Assembly (NCBI GenBank): GCA_028534125.1
Contig: CM052816.1
Coordinates: forward strand, 34,846,001 to 34,910,000
From: Lama glama
Lineage: Eukaryota
DNA: 64,000 nt
Reading direction: 5' to 3'
Below the pieces are notes generated by a model. That model was not told where the DNA came from, made no database searches, and saw nothing but the letters and a program-made list of their open reading frames with translations. How positions within the stretch are numbered: position 1 is the stretch's first letter; each line of letters starts with the position of its first letter. Below, piece by piece: positions 24,575 through 35,824 of the stretch. The position numbers were made by a program, and so were the translations under genes.

Positions 24575-24950
24575 TTGATTCTTAACAGAAGAGTGGCAAG
24601 AATAGTACAAAGCAGTCTCATGTATCTTTAACTGAGATTTCCAGAATGTTACCATTTACCACATTTGTGTAACCATTGTTTCTTTCCTTTCTTTATAGTA
24701 TTTTTTTCTGATCTATTTATGAGTAAGTTGCAAACATGATTCCTCTTTACCTATAGATAGCCTAGGATGAATTCCATAAAAACAAGGACATTTTCTTATA
24801 TAACACAATAAAATTGTCAAAATCAGGAAATTAACACTGACAAGTACTATTATCTAATCTACGACCTATTCAAATGTCTATTGTCCCAGTGACATTAGAG
24901 AATTTTTTTTTTTGGTCCAGTCCAAGACTACTTACAGCACTACACCTCAC
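24575..24950 (-). mobile_element. Old L1 (L1MC-type) 3' end
   Basis: gcaagaatagtacaaag...aacaaggacattttcttatataacacaata...aaaatcaggaaattaacactga. Confidence 0.6.
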
Positions 24951-26129
24951 TGCTAGATGAAGGGGTTCTAGTATTGCAAGGGAGGTTGAATTCAGTAATC
25001 TTAGTTTTAATTCTAATTCTTTTGTATTTCTTGGCAGTAGATTTGTAATTTTAATGATGGCACAAAGGTTGATATCAAAACCATTTTGAACTAGCTGTGT
25101 AACTGTGCATGTTTCTGACTGTGATACTCAGTTTGTAGTGAGAATACAGAAGTTACCAGAAGTTTGCTTTTTGGTAGACAAAATAAGCTCAGTTTTGGAG
25201 ATCTAGGATTTGAGGTGGTAGGAGTTCACTGGGGTAAAGTGCCCCACAAAAAACTAAAAATGTAGGTCAAGAGCTCAAGAAGGAGTTTGGAATTAGGTAG
25301 AAGTTTCAGAATTACCTGCGGAAAGGATGATTGAAGGAATGGACTTGAGTGTAATTGCCAAGGGAACAAGATTAGAAGAAGACGACTGAGGAGACACTTA
25401 GGGTTTCTGAATTTTGAAATACTTAAGTGTTTCTGAGACTAGAGGGAAAGGAGGAATCTGTTTATATATAGGAATGGAGAAAGGAGATTAGGACCAGACT
25501 AAGACATAATATTTTTTTCAAGGGCTTGCGATCCTTAAGGAAAAAAAATGATAAAAATGAGCAGTTAGGAGGTAAATATTTTTCAAGCTGAATTAATAAG
25601 GGAGAAGGCCTAGTTCTTAGAAAAATAGAAGAGAGATTAGTGAGAAAAGCTTGAGAAAATAGAATATTTTTAAGTACAAAGTAATTAAGCAGTACAATTA
25701 CAAGAGAAGGAAAAGAGGCTTTGAACAATGATAGAATACAGTAAATCTTTTTTTCAGGTTTTCATCTAAATTTAGATTGGAAACTAAAAGAGGAAAGACA
25801 TGGGAAGGAATTAGGAGAGAAAAAGTTTATCCCAGTCATAAATGGTTCCCATAGCTAGGACTAGAAATACAAAAAGAGGATTTTCTTACAAATTTTGTGC
25901 AGCAGTGTGGCAGCCTATAGGAAATGGGAGTGGTGTCTCAACTCCTTATGCTTGACATTTAACTTTTCTGTTGGGTTCTTCTTGCCCTTCACCCCACAAG
26001 ATTTATATTAAAATATTTTAAGGTTTTCTGCCTATAGTGTGTTTATTGGCTTGTCATTATGCTAATGTAATTATGTCTTTACTATAAAGGATTCTCAAAT
26101 CATGTTTTGTTTTGTCTTTTTACTCCCAG

Positions 26130-26241
26130 CCTGTTTGACGGTTTTGCAGATGGACTAGGAGTTGCTGAAGCTATTTCTTATGTGGATCCTCAGTTCCTCA
26201 CTTACATGGCTCTAGAAGAACGCTTAGCCCAGGCTATGGAG
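26130..26241 (+). CDS. PJA2: PJA2 exon 7 ([38 protein letters not shown])
   Basis: Strong pyrimidine tract plus CAG ending 26129 and donor GAG|GTATTT at 26241/26242. 112 nt, highly conserved praja segment. Confidence 0.96.
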
Positions 26242-27159
26242 GTATTTTAGTGACCCCTGTATAGATTAGTGGGATACAAAGTGATAAAATTAAAGGTTTT
26301 TTAAAACTACTTTTAAGAAAAGGTGAATATTTTTCTCACCAATTTAGTAATAATTACTGAATAGTGATTTAGTACATGTATACAAATTACACTTGACATC
26401 TGCCAATTTGCCTAAAATTATAATATTTTCCAGTTTTTACTGCAGAATGTAAGGTATATTGCTTGCATTTAGAAAATACACTAACTCTGTTGAATTCTAC
26501 AGGTCTGTGAATCAGAATATTTTATACACACACATAATTTGTGAAATGAAATGAAAAATCTCTAAAGCTGTATTACAAATCTCTTCCTCTTTTTGGTTCT
26601 TATGGCTTCTAAATCTATCTTGCTGCTTAATGCAGTTAGAAAATTTACTCTCCCTCATCCCCACACACATACACATGTTAATAAATATGACACATTTGGT
26701 GACTGTCTTGACTTCTTTGCTTTATTTGACTGCAACACCAGAAACTTGTTCATAATTTTATTTTCCTGTAGTCAAAAACTCAAGCATTTTCATGTTTGGA
26801 AACTTCCACTGCGCTAGTGGATTTCATTTTAAGAAGTATTTCTTTAAATCACTATTTCCAAAGTGATCCAAAGTAGAGGAACAGTAATAATGTGAATGAG
26901 CCAAGAGTGAAAGAACAAACTGAATGAGGGGACTTTCAGGAACATTAGCATTTTGTCTCGAAATTTTATGAGACTAGAAAATCCAGTTTAGATTCATAAA
27001 TAGTAGGTAGAGACAGACCTGTTTATCTATTGGCACACACGCACATGCACATGTACACACACTTAAATTAGCTCTGCTTTGACATCACTTTTTTAAGTGT
27101 GTGTAATCTTCCATGGAGATGATTGCCTCAGTTATAGTATATATTTTTCTCACAGTGAC

Positions 27160-27688
27160 CATAGCAGAAATATTATGTGTTGTGGCGATCAAATGTATAG
27201 AAATACCTAATCACTATGTAGTGTACAATGTAGTTGACTGTAAGTGTACTCGTAGTGTTGTAAGTCAGATATACTTCAAAAACAGACTCACTCAGAAAAA
27301 AAGAGATCAGATTTGTGGTTACTAGAGGCAGGGGTTGGGGGAAAGGGAAAATTGGATGAAGGAAGTCCAAAGGTATAAACTTCCAATTGTAAGCTAAAGA
27401 AGTACTGGGGATGTAATGTACTTCATGATAAATGTAAGTAACACTGCTGCATGTTATATCTGAAAATTGTTAAGAGTAAATCCTGAGAGTTCTCATCACA
27501 AGGAAATAATTTTTTTCCTACTTCTTTAATTTTGTATCTCTGTTGAGGTGATGGATGATCAGTAAACTTACTGAGATAATCATTTCACAATGTACATAAG
27601 TCAGATCGTTATGCTGTATACCCTTAAACTTACACAGTGCTGTATGTCAATTATATGTCGGTGAAACTGGGAGGGAAAAAAAATAAAG
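27160..27688 (+). mobile_element. L1 3' UTR (L1MA9/artiodactyl-type) with A tail
   Basis: gatcagatttgtggttactagaggc...aaggtataaacttcc...gtaaatcctgagagttctcatcacaagg...aaactgggagggaaaaaaaataaa. Confidence 0.8.
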
Positions 27689-29520
27689 AAACATTGTGTA
27701 CTAGAAGAAAAGTCAGAGAGAGTATCATGAGACAGGATAATATACTTAAGGCTTTTCCCAGAGTATATAACTTACCTTGCCAAATTCTAACACATTTGGA
27801 ACAATTGCACAGCATAATAGCCTGCATTAGAATAGAACTGTAAAGATTAAGGAGTTAAGTAAATTGTAAGTGACCACATGGAATATATCAATTTTAGAGT
27901 CTGGTTTCACAGTGCTTAAATAGTTTTTTCCGTAATTATGCTAGTGGTTTATGATCTCCTACAATATGGAGATATCTTTAAAGAGAAATTTTAAAAATTA
28001 AAATAAAAGTTTTATTATTTTTACTAATGGGAAATGTGACATTTGATTGGCATCTTGACTGGTCATGAGAGGTCATGCTAGGTGAAGGCACTAGCAGAGT
28101 GGACAAAGACAGGAGGCAAGAAGGAACATAGTGTGTCCAGGGAACATACAGTCCCCACATTGTTGGCTTCTGCTCTCGGAACAACCACTTTCAGTTATTC
28201 TTATGCATCTATCCTTCTGTTTCTGATCAATGGTGTTATGTCTCCCTTCCCCACAGCATAACAGCTTCCTCAGATTAGTGCTTTGCTTTATTTTATTTGA
28301 ATTTGATTGGAACATGTTTCACTCCGAGAGAATCAGTGCAGTTCATTCTTCACTCTTTAGAAATCTTTATTTTTCTAGGTTTAGCATGGACTTAATCATT
28401 TTGAAAAAAGAAGCTGAAATAATTTATAATTTTGATTTTTCCTCTTAGACTTAATACCAACACTCTTTAAATGAAGCAAAAACAAGTAATAAGACAAACT
28501 GGGGGCTTTTATTTGTTATTTTCTCAAGTAGTCCCGTCTCTTTGGCAGTAATTGTTTTCATTTCCGTTATTTTTCCAATACTAGACTGATCTTCCTTTGC
28601 ACATAGTAGCTATTGGTGAGTGTGTTAGCAGCAAACATTTGCCTTGTATCTGTGTCTCAAATTTAAGAACAGGGCAGAATATTTAGGATCTTTAACTGAA
28701 ACAATGATATCAAAGCTTTTTACTCACTCCCAAAGAGATTTTGAAAAAAAAAAATTCCTTTGCACATCTTTATGTTGACATCTATGATTTTTTAGCATAA
28801 ACCCTAAGTAATATTATTTACCCTATCATGCCTCTTTGCAATAAAAAGTATGTTCAGGAATTTAAGTGTGAAAAAGAAAATTGGTGTAGATTGAGTTAAA
28901 ATTGTAGTGTCTATTGATAAAAAAATTAACTTTTATAAATTTTGATAAATAATTACTTAAACATAAAGTAAAACTTAAATGGAAATGTGTATCTTAATGA
29001 GATAAAGGCTTTTTTTCCCTCCCTATTTTATGAGTGAAGGTTATTTATTCCTAGAATGAGACATAGTTTGGCATCAACTTTATTTCTGTTTTTCATCTTT
29101 ATGAGTATAAACTTAAGAAACTTTATTCAAATAAATAAATTGGTAGGGATGAAAGGAGTTTATCATAGCATTATAACTCCATTCTTCTGAGATACTTGCC
29201 AAAAATCACAAAAATGTGACAAGTTGTTTAGATCCTCCTTCAGTTTGAAAATAGAGTTGGAAGCCATCTACAAAGATTTATTGTCAGTCATTATCATTCA
29301 GTGTGACCCCAGCATTTCAGACTGCCCCTTCAAACAGGTAAAAAGTATGCTTTTATTTATAAAGTAAAAAAAAAGTTAGTATAAAAAGGAATGTGGGAAC
29401 AGAAGAATCAGCATGGTACTTTGACAGAAGATGCATTCTTGGGCAGATCCATTTGAGAAAGATTACATAAGAAAAAAAATTTGTATGTATGTATATATAT
29501 ATAATTTTTGTATATATATA

Positions 29521-29993
29521 TTTTTATTGAAGAATAGTCAGTTTACAACGGGTCAGTTGCTCGTGTACAGCACAATGCTTCAGTAATACATGAACATACA
29601 TATATTCATTTTCATATTTTTCACCATAAGTTACTACAATATATTGAATATATAGTTCCCTGTGCTATACAGTATGAACTTGTTGTTTTTCTATTTTGTA
29701 TGTATTAGTTAGGATCTGCAACTCTCGAACTCCCAATTTATCCATTCCCACTCCCTTCCCCACTGGTAACCAGAAGTTTGTTTTTTGCGTCTGTGAATCT
29801 GTTTCTGTTTTGTAAATAAGCTCTTTTTTTTTTTTCTAGATTCCACATATAAGTGATATCATATGGTATTTTTCTCTCTCTTTCTGGCTTACTTCCCTTA
29901 GAATGACAATCTCTGGGTCCACCCATGTTGCTACAATGGCATTATTTTGTTGTTTTTATGGCTAAGTAGTATTCCATTGTATAAATATACCAC
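29521..29993 (-). mobile_element. 5'-truncated L1 3' end (ORF2 C-terminus plus 3' UTR)
   Basis: tttttattgaagaatagtcagtttaca...tagattccacatataagtgatatcatatggtattt...ggctaagtagtattccattgtataaatataccac. Confidence 0.85.
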
Positions 29994-30179
29994 AATTAAT
30001 TGAAATTGAGTCTCCTGGGACTCTCCATGCCCACGGACCCTTCACATAGTCCTTACATATTTACAGAGCACCTCGTATGCCGAGAATGTAGGCCTTAGGT
30101 AGGTGGTACATGAAGTAAGCATATGGACTTTTTTTTAAATTAATTAATTAATTGTTTAATTGAAGTACAGCCAATTTGC

Positions 30180-30360
30180 ATGGGATTTGGAGTTAGATTG
30201 GTTCTTTTAGGCTATGTGACCTTGGATAGTTCACTTAACCAAAGTTTTAGGTCCTCATCCACAAAATGGGAATAACAAAATTTACCTCATGGGTTATTGT
30301 GAGATTGTGTTAAAGCACTTGGCAAAATACCTGGTACTGGGGGAAGCTGTCAGTAAATGG
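30180..30360 (+). mobile_element. MIR SINE
   Basis: ctatgtgaccttggatagttcacttaacc...cctcatccacaaaatgggaataac...gtaaatgg. Confidence 0.75.
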
Positions 30361-30999
30361 CTGTATTCAAAGATATATTCAAATTAACAATCAACCAAGT
30401 GGTAATCATCTAGCAAGTCTGGATTCAGTGGTCATTCAAAATTAGTATTAAATCATTTGTCAGAAGTCTTCACTCTTTAAAAACTAAATCCTGTTTTAGT
30501 CTTTAGAAACTAAATTTTATGCTAACAAAGGATTATGCTACTTAAAGCCTAGATATATCCCAGTTGGGCTATTTAAGCCACTTAGTTGTCTTTCTCACTC
30601 TTGGACTAACATTTGAATATATATTGTACTAAGATACAGACAAATTTTTATAAATGTTCATAGCAGTAGCTTTAAAATGGTCTCTCTTGCTCTTGTTGCT
30701 TATAAATGATCCCAGATCACCTTAAATATATGTCAGTACCAAGGCAATAAATTATTTTTACATATATTGAAATTTCAGGTATTTATTAGCACTGCAGATA
30801 TGCAGGTAATGATCAGAAAGGAATAGTGAACCCACTGAGACAAACATGTATTAAAGCTTAGTTAGCTGGAACAACCTCCAAAATGGAACTTCCTATAAAT
30901 AGTATCCCTTCTTTTTGTTTATGTATAGCACAGATGAGTTCTTGCTGAGTATATCTTAAGAAATACATAGGAGATTCATGATTATAGTTATTCATGAGA

Positions 31000-31970
31000 C
31001 AGAAGGGACAAATAATAGGCTCTTACTTTCCATTTCCTATCTCCTGATGGGAAAGTTTAAAATAAAGAATTATTAACTGCCACAGGGGATTAGAGTAAAA
31101 GGGAATTGTTTAGAAATGAATAATGACAATCTAAAGAATATAGAAAAGGCACTATAAGGAACAGCCATCACCCAGGATCACCTAAGGAAGGGTCCCCGCT
31201 CTGCTTCAGAGCTGGGATCCATGCCTTGATGGAGCTGGCACAGCTGTACCTCACTGAATAGCAGAGAAGTCACTATGGTACTGCGCTGGCAGAAGTTGCT
31301 GGAAATCAGCCCTGTAGGGTGCTGGGGAAAGCTATTCATAGGGAGGTGTCTAACTGGAAACACTGCTAAAGAACTGTCCAGGGTGGATGCTGAGGGAAGC
31401 TACTGGCCACAGTGTGCTCCTGGACACGTGCATTACAGGAGCTAGGTGCTGGAGAAGCTGTGCACATTGCAGGAGTCTGGTGCTCGAATCATGCCTGATA
31501 AACAATTCTGTATCCATCTGGGCTCAGTCAGAGAGAAAACAATAGTTTGAACAGGCTAAGTTTGATACAAAGAATTGCTAACTACAGTTAGGCTACTAGG
31601 AAGTAAAGTGAACTCTAGAGAATGTAGGAATAGCAGATTTAAGGAAATGCTTTGGGGCTGAGATAAAGCACTTGACACCCCTACCGCCGCCCCCAGGGCA
31701 GAGATCCAGACTGTGTTGAAGAGGACACAACCATGGCTCTTAGAGAAGTGTTTGTGCTACTGTGCTTGCAGAACTTGATAGAAATCTGCTCTCTGGATCT
31801 TGGCAAAATTCTTCCCCTGGAATGCTGGAGAAACTGTTCACAGGGAGGTGACTAACTGGAAGCACTCTGCTACAAAACCACCCAAGATGGGTGCCAGGGG
31901 AAGCTGCTGACCACCTTATACCTCAGCTGTCAGGTGCTGGAGAAACTGCGTATACTTCTGGATCCAAGCA
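31000..31970. repeat. Two diverged tandem copies of an old LTR-like repeat (LTR78-like; family uncertain)
   Basis: Copy 1 aaagctattcatagggaggtgtctaactggaaacact...gggaagctactggccac (~31328-31410) matches copy 2 aaactgttcacagggaggtgactaactggaagcact...gggaagctgctgaccac (~31831-31915). Period ~500 bp. Confidence 0.6.
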
Positions 31971-31974
31971 CCTC

Positions 31975-32450
31975 ACTCTGTCTACTTCTGTGACTGGCTT
32001 ATTTCAATTAGCATAATGCCTTTAATGTTCGTCTATGTTGTAGCATATTCAGAATTCCCTTCTTTTGAAGGCTGAATAATACTCCATTGCGTGCATATCC
32101 ACTTTTTTCCAGCTTTATTGAGATATCATTAACATATAACATTGTGTAAGCTTAAGGTGTACAGTGTTGATTTGATATTGTGAAATGATTATCACAGAGT
32201 TGGTTAACCTCTATCACCTCACATAATTACCATTTCTTTCTTGTGTTGAGGACATTTAAGATTTACTCTCTTACAGCTTTCAAATATATAATACAATATT
32301 GTTATCTATAATCACCATGCTCTCACTTAGATCCCCAGAACTTGTTCACCTAATAACTGGAAGTTTGTGCCCTTTGACCAGTAGTTGCCCATTCCCCCCA
32401 ACCCCTAGTCCCTGGCAACCACCACTGGCCACATTCTATCTTTCATGAGT
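31975..32450 (-). mobile_element. L1 3' fragments (L1MB-like piece plus L1MA9-like 3' end)
   Basis: ggcttatttcaattagcataatg...aaggctgaataatactccattg, then cagctttattgagatat...ataactggaagtttgtgccctttgacc...ccctggcaaccacca. Confidence 0.75.
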
Positions 32451-32819
32451 TGAACCTGCCCAGTGTGTTAACTTTCTTTCACGTTATTGATCTCACACAG
32501 AAACTCCTAAGTTGGAAGAGTAACCACTCTTATGAAAATACAAGTATGATGGGCAAGTAGGTGGTTATTGAGACAAGACAGGTTTTTGTTATACTTGGGA
32601 ACAGGGCTTTTTCTTTTGGTATGTTTTTTGATTTCTTGGTTTGATGGTGGTGATGATGATTCCCTTTGGTAGGAGGCAAATAGGGCAGGGACTGAAGCAA
32701 AAGAAACCAACAGGAAGAGAATAATGGTGGGTATAATTTTGAAAGATACCCCTGAAAGTAGTTTTCCATTGCTGTTTTAAAAAGTGTTTTCTAACAAAGA
32801 AACGTGACTTCATTTTCAG

Positions 32820-32934
32820 ACTGCCCTAGCACATTTGGAGTCTCTTGCAGTGGATGTTGAGGTGGCTAATCCACCAGCCAGTAAGGAGAGCATTGACGGT
32901 CTTCCGGAGACCCTTGTTCTTGAAGATCACACTG
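32820..32934 (+). CDS. PJA2: PJA2 exon 8 ([38 protein letters not shown])
   Basis: ttttCAG ending 32819 and donor G|GTAAGG at 32934/32935. 115 nt, with the PPASKESI motif typical just upstream of RING-H2 domains. Confidence 0.96.
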
Positions 32935-33315
32935 GTAAGGGCAAGAAGTTGGTCTCTCATGTCGAATGACACACTACAATGCAAGTATATTATCAGTGCA
33001 CCTAGAAGATAAAATACTATCAGAAGCTTTCATTAGATTTTCTGTGAAAGCTAATTCTAACAGACTTACCTAGTAGACGGATTTTTTAATTTATTAAGTG
33101 ATCGACTGCAACAGATGTTCTCCAGTCAGCTTTTCTACAGAAGCCATGTTTGTTAAATTCCAGATTGTCGTGTATTAAGCAGACACACGTTTGCCAGTTA
33201 ATTTATCAGAGTCCGGTTCTTTTGTCTTTCATAGGTATCATGTATGAGTTAATATGCTGATTTTCAATTTTACTAAAATTGAACTTTACAGGATTGATAA
33301 ATTATTTCTTTTCAG

Positions 33316-33437
33316 CTATTGGTCAGGAGCAATGCTGTCCAATCTGTTGCAGTGAGTATATTAAGGATGACATAGCAACAGAGTTACCCTGTCACCATTT
33401 CTTTCACAAACCTTGTGTCTCAATTTGGCTACAAAAG
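33316..33437 (+). CDS. PJA2: PJA2 exon 9, most of the RING-H2 finger (CPICCSEY...[18 protein letters not shown])
   Basis: ttttCAG ending 33315 and donor AAG|GTGAGT at 33437/33438. 122 nt, C3H2C3 ligand spacing. Confidence 0.97.
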
Positions 33438-35306
33438 GTGAGTTTCAGATTTACTTTTGTTTTAAATATGTTAAAGGGTGTTTATTGAAACAATATTTTT
33501 GAAAACAACCTATAATTCCCGCAAAGAGACAGAATTAAAATATGGAAGTTTTGCTTTTTAAAAACTAGTATTTTAATGATTTCTCCTGCAATAGTAATGT
33601 CTTTTAAGATTATTTTATTTAGCTATGTACTTGTAGTACTTTTTAATTCAGTGTTAAAATTTGGTTACCTTTCAATGATCGCAGATTAATGATAATATCA
33701 AACTATTTTATCTTAACTAACATTGTATAAAAAACAATATAGACAAATGATTTTAGCTAATCACATCTGTAATGATATCTCTCAAATTTGATATTTTCAA
33801 AAATATCTTAAGCAAAGAAGCCTTTGGGACTACTCAGAATACTATAACATAAGGATGTTCTGCTAGTATGGATTGGTGTCTCTAAAAATGTGTCTGAGAC
33901 GTAATTTAATACCCTACCAAGTACCTCTAATTCAGACTTTTATGTACTGTTTTTGAATGTTTACCCAATAATTTTAAAGTATATTTGAATTACTTAAGAA
34001 TAAAAGAAAGCATTTTATTTAAATCTTTTCACTGAACTGTGTTTGCATAAAGGATATTTGCATGCAGTTCAGCAGAAATTCCCAAATCACTTTCCCAGTG
34101 TATTTACTTAGTGATGTGGCTCCCTTTCTTCTCTATAACCACTCCTTCCCTTCTCCGCTTCCCCGTTTTCCTCCCCTCTCTTTCCCACCTTCTTTTCTTT
34201 CCTTCTTCTTTGCCGTTGCTCCCCTTCTACTGCTACTTCATCTTTGTCAAAACTGTAGTTAATATCTGTAGAATCCAATAGAGAAATGTCCATTGTTCCT
34301 TTATGAAATATAAAGTTTCTGTCTAGGCTTTAGGGCCTTCTGTGATCTAGTCTGTCTCTTCAGATTGATCCCTCTGTACATTTGCTCATATTTGCTTATC
34401 TTGGTGTGGTCTCCCCCTTACTGTAAGAGTAGATGATCTAGGTCGGTCCAGCTTAAATTGCATGTCTTCTGTCCTTAATACCCACTTTCTTTAAACTCCT
34501 ATGGTGATATCAGAGCCTTAAGAAGGATCTAGTGTTTTGAGTACCTGCTCTGTGTTATTACTGCTAGGTGATTCATGTGTATTTTCCCATTTCACCCTCA
34601 CAGTAACTCTGGGATATATTGGTATCCTTATTCTCATTTTCCAACAATTGTTGGTTATCCAAGGTTACACAGCTAATGTGGTTGATCAAGACTGCACTTA
34701 CTTATGTGACTCTAAAATGTTGCTGTATGGCAGGTGCATAGTGGCTGTTTACTGAGTTAAATTCTCACATAAATATTGTATGTGTTGTACAGTTTTGATT
34801 TGTCGTTGATTTTGTTTTAACCCAAGGTAATAATCTCTGGTCTCTCTCCTGTCAGGAAACAATTTATGTGAGGTCTTTCCCCTGGGGAGAAGGTTCCTAA
34901 GATAAAAATCTTTGTCACCTTCTACAGCATGATTTCTTCAACTTGCTTTCTGTCAGGGAGATCTCATTGGGGAAAAGACCAGATTTGTCAGGGGATAATC
35001 TATTGCCAGATGACATATCTCTATAGTCTTCCATTGGTTCTAAAATAGTGTGCTCCCAGTCTGCTTCCCCCTGCCCACCTTCCCTCGTTGATTTGTTTTA
35101 TCATTTAGAGGGCACGTCACTCCATATCTTTTTGAAAAGGAATTATGTGGTTTATGAAGAAGATCTGTGGTCCATCTGCTTTGACATATCTGTGCTACAC
35201 TAAAGTGAGGCTTTAGTATATATGAGGAAGATCTTAGGGTGATGATTTGATGTAATAAATATGTGAATTAATTAGTTCTCTGGTTTCTCTAATACATACA
35301 TCATAG

Positions 35307-35310
<4 letters not shown>

Positions 35311-35343
<33 letters not shown>
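35311..35343. repeat. (AAT)11 microsatellite in the last intron
   Basis: Read directly from the sequence. Confidence 0.95.
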
Positions 35344-35345
<2 letters not shown>

Positions 35346-35698
35346 TTCAGTTCAGGTGAGGACGTGCCCTGTGACCCCTTGCCACTCTCATAGCACCAGT
35401 GCCAAGTGGAGAGTATAATAGACTCTCAGTTAATACTCACTAAATGAAAGATGAGTGACCTAAAAGATACAAACATGGTTAGGAGACTGTTTACCCTCAA
35501 AGAAAAGTAAAATCTGATGAAGAGGAAATAGCATCAAACTTTCACCTCTCTGTATTGTGTGGTTTTGAAGTTTCGTTTGTTCTGTTTTTAAGTTAGTTGA
35601 CCTGTTTTTAGAAAAGTGATTTTTTTTCCTTTATGAAGAGACTTTGCGGTAGTTAAAACCTTCCCATTGGCTCTGAACATGTTGCTTCCTCCCCGCAG

Positions 35699-35824
35699 TC
35701 TGGAACGTGCCCCGTGTGCCGCCGTCATTTCCCTCCTGCTGTGATGGAAACGTCCGCAGCGGCTTCCTCTGAGCCTGAGCACGACGCCCCACCAGCAGCC
35801 GACAGCGCTGCAGAGGCCCCCTGA
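35699..35824 (+). CDS. PJA2: PJA2 last coding exon ([41 protein letters not shown])
   Basis: ccccgCAG acceptor ending 35698. Completes the RING (CPVC), with stop TGA at 35822-35824. The spliced CDS totals 2133 nt, divisible by 3. Confidence 0.96.
   Translation, partial: SGTCPVCRRHFPPAVMETSAAASSEPEHDAPPAADSAAEAP

Noticed and set aside
34110..34240. Polypyrimidine tract as H-DNA or a cryptic exon
   Set aside because: Low-complexity, no clean mirror symmetry, and no supporting donor/acceptor pair.
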